From positions 6,048,001 through 6,112,000 of the forward strand of contig OZ244065.1 of NCBI GenBank assembly GCA_965215505.1: a stretch of DNA of 64,000 nt, in the 5' to 3' direction. The notes under the pieces are model-generated. The model was not told the DNA's origin and did not search any database. It was given only the letters and a program-made list of their open reading frames with translations. The DNA is from Capsulimonadaceae bacterium (GTDB taxonomy: Bacteria > Armatimonadota > Armatimonadia > Armatimonadales > Capsulimonadaceae). The position numbers were made by a program, and so were the translations under genes. Of the stretch, positions 48,844 to 58,182 are shown one piece after another (the stretch's first letter is position 1; each line of letters begins with the position of its first letter).

Positions 48844-50559
48844 GTGAGAACCAGTGACCCTTTCGCGGACGGCATTCAATACCTGCACGAACATGTGATG
48901 GATCTTCGCCGACAGGTGACGGAGGGGCCGACGAGTCGCCAGACACTCCTGGATATCGCCTTCGAAACCATGAACAGCACCATCGAGGAGCTGCGCGTGG
49001 CGGAGGAGGAGATGCGCCAGCAGAACGAGGCGCTGGCCGCCTCGTATGAAGTCGTGGAGACGTGGAGGCACCACTACGAGGACCTGTTCGAGTCGGCCCC
49101 GGACGCCTACCTCGTCACCGACATGGACGGCGTGATCCGGGAGGCCAACCAGGCCCCCGTCAGGCTGCTCGGGCTGTCCAAGCGTTTCCTCAAGGGCAAG
49201 CCCTTCGCCACCTTCGCCGCAGAGGAAGACCGGCAGACGTTCCGGCAGCTCCTGCTGGAAATGGCCCAGGCGTCTGAGACGGTTGAGCGGGAGATGAAGA
49301 TCAGGCCGCGCCGCCGCGAGGTGGTCGAGGTCGCCATCGCCGTCTCCATCGTCCGCGACTCGCATGGCCGTCCGCTCCTGCTGCGCTGGCTGGTGCGTGA
49401 CCTGACGGGCCGCAACCAAGCCGAGGCCGACCGCTACCGGCAGATCGTGGAAGGGGTGGACGACTACGCCATCATCCTGCTGGACGCCGAAGGCCGCGTG
49501 CTGAACTGGAACCTTGGCGCGGAACACATCTTCGGGTACGCCGAGGCGGAGGTGCGTGGGAGAGACTACTCGTTCGTCTTCCTGCCGGAAGACCAGGCGC
49601 TCGGGGTTCCGCAGCAGCGGCTGGAAAAGGCGCGGGCGGAGGGGCATGCCCGGAAGGAAGGCTGGCACCAGCGCAAGGACGGCACCCGGTTCTGGTCCAG
49701 CGGCGTCATCACCGTGCTGCGCGACAAGGCCGGCAGCCCCCGGTGGTACGCCAAAGTGATGCGGGACGAGACCGCGCGCAAGGAGGAAGAAGAGCGGCTG
49801 GCGCAGGCTTACGCCGAGGAGCGCCGGATCGCCGCCGCCTTCCAGCGCGCCCTGCTGCCCGAGATCGCCGAGGACGCCTTCCCCGGCCTGGCCGTCTCGT
49901 CACTGTACGAGGCCGCCTGGACCGAAGCGCAGGTAGGGGGGGACTTCTTCGACGCCTTCGCGCTGGACGGCGGCCTGGTCGCGCTGGTGGTGGGGGACGT
50001 GTCCGGCAAGGGGCTGGCGGCGGCGGCGCACACGGCCGAGGTCAAGTACGCCCTGCGGGCCTACCTCCGCGAGACGCCCGAGCCGGGCCGCGCCCTGTCC
50101 CGCCTGAACGTCTTCGTCCACGACAGCCACCGGCTAGGGGATGCGGCCGACGACACCACGTTCGTGACGCTGGCCGTCGTCGTCATCCAGCCCGCCACCG
50201 GGGAGGCGGCGGCAGCGGCGGCGGGTGCGGAGCCGCCGCTGCTGCTGCGCGCGGGCGGCGCGGCGGAGCCGCTCGCGGTCAGGGGCGGCCTGCTTGGCAT
50301 GACGCGGGAGATGGAGTATGCGGCGGCGGGCTTCACGCTCGCGCCCGGCGACGCCGTCATCCTGGTGACGGACGGCATCACCGAGGCCCGGCGGGGCCGC
50401 GACTTCCTGGACTACGACGGCATGACCCGGCTGGCGCAGAGCGCCTCGGCGGCCTGCCCCGTCCATGAGATCGGCCGCGCCGTCCTGGAGGGTGCCCGCG
50501 CCTTCGCCGGCGGCTCGCTCTCGGATGACGCCTGCCTCCTGCTGGCCCAGCGGGTGTGA
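48844..50559 (+). CDS. PAS-PAS-SpoIIE (PP2C/RsbU-like) phosphatase
   Basis: Coiled coil EELRVAEEEMRQQN, two PAS domains, VGGDFFD, GDVSGKG, TDGITEA, DDA. Confidence 0.9.
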   Translation: MRTSDPFADGIQYLHEHVMDLRRQVTEGPTSRQTLLDIAFETMNSTIEELRVAEEEMRQQNEALAASYEVVETWRHHYEDLFESAPDAYLVTDMDGVIREANQAPVRLLGLSKRFLKGKPFATFAAEEDRQTFRQLLLEMAQASETVEREMKIRPRRREVVEVAIAVSIVRDSHGRPLLLRWLVRDLTGRNQAEADRYRQIVEGVDDYAIILLDAEGRVLNWNLGAEHIFGYAEAEVRGRDYSFVFLPEDQALGVPQQRLEKARAEGHARKEGWHQRKDGTRFWSSGVITVLRDKAGSPRWYAKVMRDETARKEEEERLAQAYAEERRIAAAFQRALLPEIAEDAFPGLAVSSLYEAAWTEAQVGGDFFDAFALDGGLVALVVGDVSGKGLAAAAHTAEVKYALRAYLRETPEPGRALSRLNVFVHDSHRLGDAADDTTFVTLAVVVIQPATGEAAAAAAGAEPPLLLRAGGAAEPLAVRGGLLGMTREMEYAAAGFTLAPGDAVILVTDGITEARRGRDFLDYDGMTRLAQSASAACPVHEIGRAVLEGARAFAGGSLSDDACLLLAQRV

Positions 50560-50569
50560 GGCCTGACCC

Positions 50570-51817
50570 TCACCCCGCCATCGCCAGCTCTTTGGCGAAC
50601 GGCGACGCCGGGACGGCCAGGCCCTCCGGCGGGTCGGTCCAGCGGCCGTCGGACTTGATCAGGGCGACCAGCTCCGACACCCCCTCCTCCTGGGACACGT
50701 TCTTGACCGGGTTCCGTCCCCGGTAGAGAGTGATGACGCCGCCGCCCTTGCCGACGTAGCCGTAGTCGGCGTCGGCCATCTCCCCCGGCCCGTTCACGAT
50801 GCAGCCCATCACGGCGATGTCCAGGCCCACCAGATGATTCGTCGCCGCCTTCACCCGCCGCAGCACCGAGGTCAGCTCGAACTTGGTCCGGCCGCAGGAG
50901 GGGCAGGCGATGAACTCCACTTTCGTCTTCCGAAGCCCCAACGCCTGCAAGATGTCGTAGCAGGCCGGGATCTCGTTGATCGGGTCCTCGGACAGCGAGA
51001 CGCGGATCGTGTCCCCGATTCCCTCGGCCAGCAATGTCCCGATGCCCGCCGTGCTCTTGATCCGGGCGTACTCGCCGTCGCCCGCCTCGGTGACTCCCAG
51101 ATGCAGCGGGTAGTCCATGCCCAGGGCGGCCATGCGCCGCGCCATCAGCCGGTTGGCCGCCAGCATGACCGGCACGCGCGACGCCTTCAGCGAAATGACG
51201 ATGTTCCGATAGTCGTGCGCCTCGCAGATCTGGATGTACTCTAAGGCGCTCTCCACCATGCCCTCCGGCGTGTCGCCGTGCATGACGGTCAGCCGCTCGG
51301 CCAGGCTGCCGTGGTTGACCCCGATCCGCATGGCGATGTCGCGCTCCTTGCAGACCGCGATGACCGGGCGCAGCGACTCCTCGATGGCCGCGCGCTCCTC
51401 GCGGACCTCGGCATCCGTGTACTCGTCCGCCCGGCCGCGCGGCTTGCGGAAGACGAACAGGCCGGGGTTGATGCGGACCTTGTCCACGAACCGCGCGACG
51501 GCCACGGCGATGTCGCTGCCCTGGTGGTGGACGTCGGCGACGAGTGGGACGTCGTAGCCGCGCCGCCGGACTTCCGCCTGGATCTCGCCCAGGCAGTGTG
51601 CTTCGGCCAGGGTGGGGGTGGTGACGCGGACGATCTCACACCCCGCCTGATGCATGGCAATGATCTGCTCGACGCAGCCGGCGACGTTGCGGGTCTCCTC
51701 GGTGATCATGCTCTGCACGACGATGGGGTGTCCGCCGCCGATGACGACCGGGCCGACGCGAACCGCACGGGTGGACCGGCGGGGATAGCTGAGTTCGGGA
51801 AGGGGTGATACCGACAT
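50570..51817 (-). CDS. ispG: HMBPP synthase
   Basis: [41 protein letters not shown]. Confidence 0.97.
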   Translation of the reverse strand: MSVSPLPELSYPRRSTRAVRVGPVVIGGGHPIVVQSMITEETRNVAGCVEQIIAMHQAGCEIVRVTTPTLAEAHCLGEIQAEVRRRGYDVPLVADVHHQGSDIAVAVARFVDKVRINPGLFVFRKPRGRADEYTDAEVREERAAIEESLRPVIAVCKERDIAMRIGVNHGSLAERLTVMHGDTPEGMVESALEYIQICEAHDYRNIVISLKASRVPVMLAANRLMARRMAALGMDYPLHLGVTEAGDGEYARIKSTAGIGTLLAEGIGDTIRVSLSEDPINEIPACYDILQALGLRKTKVEFIACPSCGRTKFELTSVLRRVKAATNHLVGLDIAVMGCIVNGPGEMADADYGYVGKGGGVITLYRGRNPVKNVSQEEGVSELVALIKSDGRWTDPPEGLAVPASPFAKELAMAG

Positions 51818-51947
51818 GACGTTCCTCCGATGCCTCTATTATACCCCCGACACGCGGCACTCCCCGCCCGCAAGATATTTGTGGTTGTAAGATGTCGGGC
51901 CGTGGTAGAATCGTGGTGTAAATCGTGTTATAATAGAGACAATCCCC

Positions 51948-53288
51948 ATGGCGAGTGAAAACGAGGTAGTCAAAGAGCCTTCGCGCCTGCTGCTGTTCCG
52001 AGACCGGAACTTCCTCTGGCTCTGGCTTGCCTACGTCATCTCCAACCTCGGCGACACCGCCCTGGCCGTCGCCCTTTCGATCACGGTCTACAACGGCACC
52101 AACGACAAGGCGGTGTCCGGCCTTACGGTAGTCTTCGGCGCACTGCCCGTCCTGCTGTTCGGCTTGGTGGGCGGCGTTTTCGCCGACCGATGGAACCGGC
52201 GGCGCACCATGATCGCCGCCGACCTCGGCCGTGCTGTCACCGTTCTGCTCCTGCTCTCGATTCCGAACGCACACTTTCACGGCCACTTCAGCGCTCATGA
52301 TCGGGGCCTGGTCTACGCAGTGTCATTCCTCGTGGTCTCGTTCTCCTGCTTCTTTTCCCCATCGCGGCAGGGGCTGCTGCCCGCCCTGGTGCCACGCGAG
52401 AAACTGCTCCAGGCCAACAGTCTGATGCTGACCGCCAATCAGGCGACCCTCTGCCTTGGCCCCGCGCTGGGCGGCCTCCTAGTTACCCAACTACACCCCG
52501 GCGGCGTCTTCATCTTTGACTCCGCGACGTTCGTCGCCTCGGCCCTGCTCGTCCGCCTGATCGCGAACATCGCGACGCCGCCGGGGCCTAAAGCGGCGCG
52601 TGGAGTGTCCGGCTTGTGGCGTGAGGCCCGAGAAGGGCTGCACTACGTCTGGACCAGCCGTATTCTGCGGCCCTCTTTGGTCTTGCTGTCGCTCGTCGTC
52701 GTCGGGGGTGCCGTCTACAACGCGCTGGAGTACCCATTCGTCCGGGACCTCTGGCACGGCGACGGAAAACAATTCGCCCTGCTCGGCACCCTGAGCGGTC
52801 TGGCCGCCGTCCTCACCGGCCTCGCGACAATGGGGCCGATCCGTTCCACCCCCCCGGTCCGCCTGGTCGCGCCCGGCTTTGCCATGATGGGGATCACCGG
52901 GCTGGTGTTCGCTGCCTCCGCGAACATCTATCTCGGGGGCGCGATGGTATTCCTGATGGCGGTGGCCAACACCTTCTCCAATCTGGGGCAGATGACCCTG
53001 TTCCTGGCGACCGCCCCGAACCATCTCCAGGGGCGCGTCAGCGCCACCGTCGGCCTAGTCAATAAGCTCTCCCTGCTGGTCGGCGGCGCGCTCGCCACCT
53101 CGCTGGTCGTCTTCTTCCCCGCGAGTACGGCCCTGCGCCCGATCTTCGGCGGTTTCGGCGTGACTTACATCCTGTGCGGGCTGCTGGCGTGGTTCCTGTT
53201 GGGCGGCCTGGGCCGCTCCGCGTTCGCGCCGCCCGCCCCGCCGCCCGACCCGCCCCGGACCAAGTCATTGGCGCGAGCGGAGCCATGA
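51948..53288 (+). CDS. MFS transporter
   Basis: GVFADRWNRRRTM motif A; about 12 TM. Confidence 0.9.
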   Translation: MASENEVVKEPSRLLLFRDRNFLWLWLAYVISNLGDTALAVALSITVYNGTNDKAVSGLTVVFGALPVLLFGLVGGVFADRWNRRRTMIAADLGRAVTVLLLLSIPNAHFHGHFSAHDRGLVYAVSFLVVSFSCFFSPSRQGLLPALVPREKLLQANSLMLTANQATLCLGPALGGLLVTQLHPGGVFIFDSATFVASALLVRLIANIATPPGPKAARGVSGLWREAREGLHYVWTSRILRPSLVLLSLVVVGGAVYNALEYPFVRDLWHGDGKQFALLGTLSGLAAVLTGLATMGPIRSTPPVRLVAPGFAMMGITGLVFAASANIYLGGAMVFLMAVANTFSNLGQMTLFLATAPNHLQGRVSATVGLVNKLSLLVGGALATSLVVFFPASTALRPIFGGFGVTYILCGLLAWFLLGGLGRSAFAPPAPPPDPPRTKSLARAEP

Positions 53289-54085
53289 CCACGCCTCCTT
53301 CCCCGCCTGACGGTCCTTCCATCGAGAACGCGGCGTTCGGCCCGGTGGCCCCGTACTATGACGCCCTCATGGCGGGCGTCCCGTACCGTTTCTGGGTGGA
53401 ATATTTGGAGCGGCTGTGGGCGCTCCACGGCAAAGCGCCCCACGCCGTCCTGGACCTCGCCTGCGGGACGGGGACCGTGTCACGTCTGCTGGCGGCGCGC
53501 GGCTATGAACTCGCGGGGGTTGATCTGTCCGGCGGGATGCTGGATGTCGCCCGCCTCCGGGCGGCGGAGGCGGGCCTGCCGATTCCCTTCCATCGGCAGG
53601 ACGCCGCCGAACTTGACCTTGGCGAATCCCGTTTCGATGCCGTCGTCTGCCTCTTCGACAGCCTGAACTACATTCTGGAGCCGGAACGCCTGCGGGCCGC
53701 CTTCGCCCGCGTCTGCACCCACCTTGTCCCCGGCGGCGCGTTCATCTTTGACGTCAACACCGAATACGCGCTCGCCGAGGGCATGTTCAACCAGAGCTGC
53801 ATGCGCCTCAGTGAGCCTCTCCGCTACCGCTGGCGGTCGCGCTACAATGCCGAGACGCGCCTGTGTACCGTCCGCATGGACTTTTCCTACGACCCCGGTA
53901 CGGGCCAGCGCGAGAGCTTCCTGGAGGTCCACCGGCAGCGCGCCTACGGCAAGGACGAACTGACCGACTGGCTCCGGGCGGCCGGGTTTGCCGAGGTGAC
54001 GGTCTACGACGGCTACACCACCGACCCGCCCAAGAAACGCTCCGACCGCCTGTTCTATTTCGCCGTCAAGCCCGACGCGGGCTGA
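53285..54085 (+). CDS. Class I SAM-dependent methyltransferase
   Basis: VLDLACGTG, GVDLS, FDSLNY, PGGAFIFD. Confidence 0.92.
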   Translation: MTTPPSPPDGPSIENAAFGPVAPYYDALMAGVPYRFWVEYLERLWALHGKAPHAVLDLACGTGTVSRLLAARGYELAGVDLSGGMLDVARLRAAEAGLPIPFHRQDAAELDLGESRFDAVVCLFDSLNYILEPERLRAAFARVCTHLVPGGAFIFDVNTEYALAEGMFNQSCMRLSEPLRYRWRSRYNAETRLCTVRMDFSYDPGTGQRESFLEVHRQRAYGKDELTDWLRAAGFAEVTVYDGYTTDPPKKRSDRLFYFAVKPDAG

Positions 54086-54097
54086 AACACTCCGTCC

Positions 54098-54994
54098 CTA
54101 TTCCCCGTTCTTCAGCCCCGCGCTTTCGGACACCTCCTGGGCGAAGCCGGCCCAGTCGCGGTCCTCGCGGCCTTTGGCGACCATCGCCGTCAGCCGGTCA
54201 TGGACCAGGCTCGCGAGCGGCATGGGGACGTGGCTGTTCTTGGCCTCCTGAAGTACCAGGCCGAAGTCCTTGCGAATCAGCGACGGGACCGCCCCGATCG
54301 GCTGGTAGTGTTCGGCGGCGATCAGCTTCCCGTAGTTCTGGTAGACCGGGCAGGCGAACAGCGTACTCGTGAACAGCTCGTAGACGGCCTGGCGCGGGAT
54401 GCCGTTCTTCTGGGCCAGCGTGAACGCCTCGGCCATCGCTTCTATGGCCGAGCCGAGCAGGAAGTTGCCGCACAGCTTGACGATGTTGGCCGCGCCCGCG
54501 TCCTCGCCGAAGTCGTGGACGCCCTGGCCCATCGCGTCCAGCAGGGGCCGGATGCGCGTCTTCGCGTCTTCCGGCCCCGAAGTCGCGATCCACAGCTTCT
54601 GCATCGCCGCCGCGTCCGGCTTGCCGAAGACCGGCGCGGCGACGTACCGCGTCCCCAGGGCGGCATGACGCTCGGCCAGATGCCGGGACATCTCGGGCGA
54701 GATCGTACTCATCGAGACGTGGACGCCGCCCTCGCCCAGCACCTCCCCGAACCCGTCCGCCCCGAAGGCCACCGCCTCCACCGCCTGGTCGTTTGTCAGC
54801 ATCGTGACCACGATGCCGCCCGTCTGGGCCGCCCCCGCCGGTGTGTCCGCCTGCGCCGCGCCCCGCTCCACCAGCGGCTTCGCCCGCGCGGGCGTGCGGT
54901 TATAGGCGCGCATCCCGAAGCCCGCCTTTAAAACATTCCCGGCCATCGCCGACCCCATGCCGCCCAGCCCGATAAATCCGATCGTCTCGTTCAT
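54098..54994 (-). CDS. NAD(P)-dependent beta-hydroxyacid dehydrogenase family
   Basis: GFIGLGGMG, YNRT, MSTISP, APVFG, VKLCGN. Confidence 0.9.
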   Translation of the reverse strand: MNETIGFIGLGGMGSAMAGNVLKAGFGMRAYNRTPARAKPLVERGAAQADTPAGAAQTGGIVVTMLTNDQAVEAVAFGADGFGEVLGEGGVHVSMSTISPEMSRHLAERHAALGTRYVAAPVFGKPDAAAMQKLWIATSGPEDAKTRIRPLLDAMGQGVHDFGEDAGAANIVKLCGNFLLGSAIEAMAEAFTLAQKNGIPRQAVYELFTSTLFACPVYQNYGKLIAAEHYQPIGAVPSLIRKDFGLVLQEAKNSHVPMPLASLVHDRLTAMVAKGREDRDWAGFAQEVSESAGLKNGE

Positions 54995-55109
54995 TGCTAA
55001 AGTCTCCTTGCCGTCGAGAAAGGTATACCCACGAACGGCCTGGTTTGGCGGGCCGGCCCGTGGGTAAAGTGGTGACACCACTCTCTAGACAGAAAGCAAG
55101 AACACTCAG

Positions 55110-55337
55110 ATGAACCCCTCAGACATCAAAGAGCATATGGAAGTCGTCGGCACCGACGGCAAGCACGTCGGCATCGTGGACCACCTGGACGGCGACCGGC
55201 TGAAGCTGACACACCACGACTCGCAGGCGGGTGGCAAGCACCACTTCCTGCCGCTCACCGCCGTCATGTCCGTCGGCGAGTTCGTGACGCTCTCCCTGAC
55301 CGCCGAAGAGGCCGAGGCGCAGTGGGCGGAAGAGTAG
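55110..55337 (+). CDS. DUF2171-like small protein
   Basis: IKEHMEVVGTDGKHVGIVDHLDG..KLT...HH.LP. Confidence 0.8.
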   Translation: MNPSDIKEHMEVVGTDGKHVGIVDHLDGDRLKLTHHDSQAGGKHHFLPLTAVMSVGEFVTLSLTAEEAEAQWAEE

Positions 55338-55435
55338 CCATCGGCTGATGCCGCCGTCGGCCCGAACAACGGAAGCCGTGCCGCGTCTCCCGGAGACGCT
55401 GCACGGCTTTTTCTGCCACGCCGCCATTCCGCCCT

Positions 55436-56236
55436 CTACGCCGGGGCATCGGGCCGCAGGCCCAGGGCGAGCTGGCGGTAGTGTTCGTCGGGCCGAGTCT
55501 GGATGCGCGTCACGTTGTCGGGCGTCAGGTAGGCCGCCGTGCCGCAGGCCAGCGCGCCCAAGAGGATGCGGGCGGCCTTGTCGCCCATCAGGTGGATGTT
55601 GCGGACCTCCTGGGCGGACTTGCCGACGGCGATGAACCCGTGGTTTTGCAGGTAGATGGTCTTCGGCGCGGCGCTATGCGTCTGGATATACCCCATCACC
55701 TGGTCCCGCAGGGCGCGGGCCAGCGGGATGCCGGGGTCGGTGTAGGGGACGCAGCACGGCGCGACGCCGCAGACGACGATCTCGTCCGGGAACATCCGCC
55801 CCCCGCCCTGCATGGCCGCCCATCCCTCGCGCGAGCAGAGCAGGCCGTTAATGGAGACGACGTGCGTGTGCCCGATGAAGTCAATGCCGGGTAGGGACAG
55901 CAGGAAGCCGTGGAAGAGGGTTTCCACCGAGGGCATCCGCCCGCTGCCGTCCGTGCAGGAATTCAGGAGCAGGTCTTTGACCTCGGCATCGGAGTAGTCG
56001 CACCCGTTGTTTAGGGCGTCCAGCACGGGCGCGAAGCGAACCCGGCTCACCTGCTCCGGCTGAAGCGTCCGGAGTTCGGAGCCGCTGGCCTTGACCAGAA
56101 ACGTCTCGTCGTCTATGCGGGTGGACGTATTGCCTTCGCCCAGAATGGCCCACTCGTGGGCGGGGTCACCGAGATCATGGGAGAGGGCGAGCAGTTCTTG
56201 CAGCTTGGCGTCGTGCGCGGCGTCGTGGTCGGGCAT
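55436..56236 (-). CDS. Class II aldolase/adducin family protein
   Basis: GEGNTS, KASG, PSVET.FH, HTH, LQNHG. Confidence 0.88.
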   Translation of the reverse strand: MPDHDAAHDAKLQELLALSHDLGDPAHEWAILGEGNTSTRIDDETFLVKASGSELRTLQPEQVSRVRFAPVLDALNNGCDYSDAEVKDLLLNSCTDGSGRMPSVETLFHGFLLSLPGIDFIGHTHVVSINGLLCSREGWAAMQGGGRMFPDEIVVCGVAPCCVPYTDPGIPLARALRDQVMGYIQTHSAAPKTIYLQNHGFIAVGKSAQEVRNIHLMGDKAARILLGALACGTAAYLTPDNVTRIQTRPDEHYRQLALGLRPDAPA

Positions 56237-56245
56237 GGTGTCTCC

Positions 56246-57661
56246 TTAACTTGGCGTAAACGTCTCCGTCGGCAACGAAAGCCGGGCGAGGGCGCGCGCC
56301 TGCTCCCAGTCCGTGACCGCGCCGGACGCGACGAGCTGGGCGAGGACGTTCCCGATGGCCGTCGCCTCGGACGGCCCGGCGATGACCGGGATGCCGCAGG
56401 CGTCCGCCGTGAGCCGGTTGAGCAGGCGGTTCTGCGACCCCCCGCCGACGATGTGCAGTGAGTCGAACTTCAGGCCGAGCAGGCGTTCCAGGCCGCCCAG
56501 CGCCTCCCGGTAGGCGTCGGCGAGGCTGTCCAGGCAGCACCGGATGAGCGCGCCGACGCCCTGGGGCGCGGCCTGACCCGACTCGGCGCACGCATCTCGT
56601 ATCTCCCCTGCCATGTCTGGCGGGGCCAGGAAGCGGTGGGCGGTGGCGTCTATGAGCGGCCCGCCGGGCGGGGCGGCCTCGGCCAGCGCGGTCAGCTCGG
56701 CATACGAGTAGTCGCGGCCCTCGGTGGCCTCGAGTGACCGGCGGCACTCCTGCACCAGCCATAGGCCCATGATGTTTTTCAGCAGCCGGACCGTTTCGCC
56801 CACCCCGAACTCGTTGCTGAACCCGAGCTGGAGCGCCTCCGCCGTCAGGTTCGGGCTGGGCAGTTCGACGCCCAGCAGGGACCACGTCCCGGACGAAAGG
56901 AACGCCCAGCGCGAACCCGGCGCGGCGGGCGTGGCGGCGACGGCGGAGGCCGTGTCGTGCGAGCCGGGGGCGTAGACGGGCACCCCGCCGACGGTCTCGC
57001 CGACGCGAGTCCCCGCCGGGACTATCTCGCCCAGGAAGTGCGACGGCAGGCCCAGCCGCGTCAGCAGCGACGGCTCCCAGCCCCGCGTGGCCGGGTTGAA
57101 AATCTGCGTCGTGCTGGCGTTCGTGCGCTCATCGACAAGGCTCCGGCCCTGAGTCAACTGGTGGTGGAACAGGTCCGGCATCAGCAGCAAATGCGCCGCC
57201 TTGTCGAGCAGGCCGGGGGAGCGCGCTTGCAGTGCGTAAAGCTGGTACAGTGTGTTGAGGGGCAGGAACTGGACGCCGGTCTTGGCCCAGATCTCCTCCA
57301 CCGGGATGAGCGAATGGACCTCGGCCATGGCAGGCGGGTGGCGCTCATCGCGGTAGTGGGTGGGCGCTTCCAGCAGCCTGCCCTGCGCGTCCAGCAGCCC
57401 GAAGTCCACCCCCCAGGTGTCCACGCCGACCCCGTGCAGAGTCCCCGCCGCCTGCGCGCGGGCCAGCAGGCTCTCGATCTCGCCGCCGATGCGCCCGATG
57501 TCCCATCGCCGGACGCCGTCCGGGCCGGTGTCGTCCTGCCCCCGCCCCGTCGCGAACCGCCCGACCTCTTCCAGAGTCAGACGTTCCCCATCGAACGCCC
57601 CCAGGATGCCGCGCCCGCTCTCCGCGCCTAGGTCGAAGGCCAGAAAATGTTGTGCTGCCAT
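56246..57661 (-). CDS. Rhamnulokinase-family FGGY sugar kinase
   Basis: AFDLGAESGR, DTWGVDF, HDTASA, SSGTWSL, LKNIMGLW, GGGSQN. Confidence 0.92.
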   Translation of the reverse strand: MAAQHFLAFDLGAESGRGILGAFDGERLTLEEVGRFATGRGQDDTGPDGVRRWDIGRIGGEIESLLARAQAAGTLHGVGVDTWGVDFGLLDAQGRLLEAPTHYRDERHPPAMAEVHSLIPVEEIWAKTGVQFLPLNTLYQLYALQARSPGLLDKAAHLLLMPDLFHHQLTQGRSLVDERTNASTTQIFNPATRGWEPSLLTRLGLPSHFLGEIVPAGTRVGETVGGVPVYAPGSHDTASAVAATPAAPGSRWAFLSSGTWSLLGVELPSPNLTAEALQLGFSNEFGVGETVRLLKNIMGLWLVQECRRSLEATEGRDYSYAELTALAEAAPPGGPLIDATAHRFLAPPDMAGEIRDACAESGQAAPQGVGALIRCCLDSLADAYREALGGLERLLGLKFDSLHIVGGGSQNRLLNRLTADACGIPVIAGPSEATAIGNVLAQLVASGAVTDWEQARALARLSLPTETFTPS

Positions 57662-57772
57662 AGAGCCTCCGTATCCAATTATAGCGTTTCCCCGGCATTA
57701 CAGCAAGCCTGAACCGCAAGAGAAGTTCCCCATCGTGTCTGCTATAATGAATCGAGCGATAGGAGGCCGGTC

Positions 57773-58087
57773 ATGCACATGACATCTGTTCTAGAACCCG
57801 AAACCGAGGTGCGGCCTTTTGAGACGTGTTCGTTCCTCTGGGGCAGCCACAACTACCTACTGGGGCACCCTGTTCAAACCCTTTCGGCACGCCAAAACGG
57901 GCTTTGGGTCTTCGAGTGTCCTGCCTATGGCCTGTCCGCCTTCTCCGCCAGCCGCGAAGAGGCTTTGAGCCAGCTTCAGGAAGAATTCGCCTTCCTCTAC
58001 GACGGCCTGACCGGGGAGCCTGACGAAGCCCTGACGCCGGATGCCGTCGCCCTGCGGGACCGTCTGCGAGCGGATGTCAAACAATAG
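57773..58087 (+). CDS. HicB-like hypothetical protein
   Basis: WVFECPAYGLSAFSASREEAL..L.E pattern; AGGAGG RBS. Confidence 0.55.
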   Translation: MHMTSVLEPETEVRPFETCSFLWGSHNYLLGHPVQTLSARQNGLWVFECPAYGLSAFSASREEALSQLQEEFAFLYDGLTGEPDEALTPDAVALRDRLRADVKQ

Positions 58088-58100
58088 GCATCTCAGGCCG

Positions 58101-58120
58101 CGAGTGATTGAAATCACTCG
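58101..58120. repeat. Solo REP-like palindrome
   Basis: cgagtgattgaaatcactcg, identical to 25405-25424. Confidence 0.75.
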
Positions 58121-58137
58121 GCCCAGTCCGCCTCCCG

Positions 58138-58179
58138 AAAGAAGACCGGGAGGCGGTCACGCCTCCCGGTCTTCTCTTT
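58138..58179. terminator. Bidirectional hairpin between convergent genes
   Basis: agaagaccgggaggcg / cgcctcccggtcttct stem with A/T flanks. Confidence 0.7.
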
Positions 58180-58182
58180 GCC

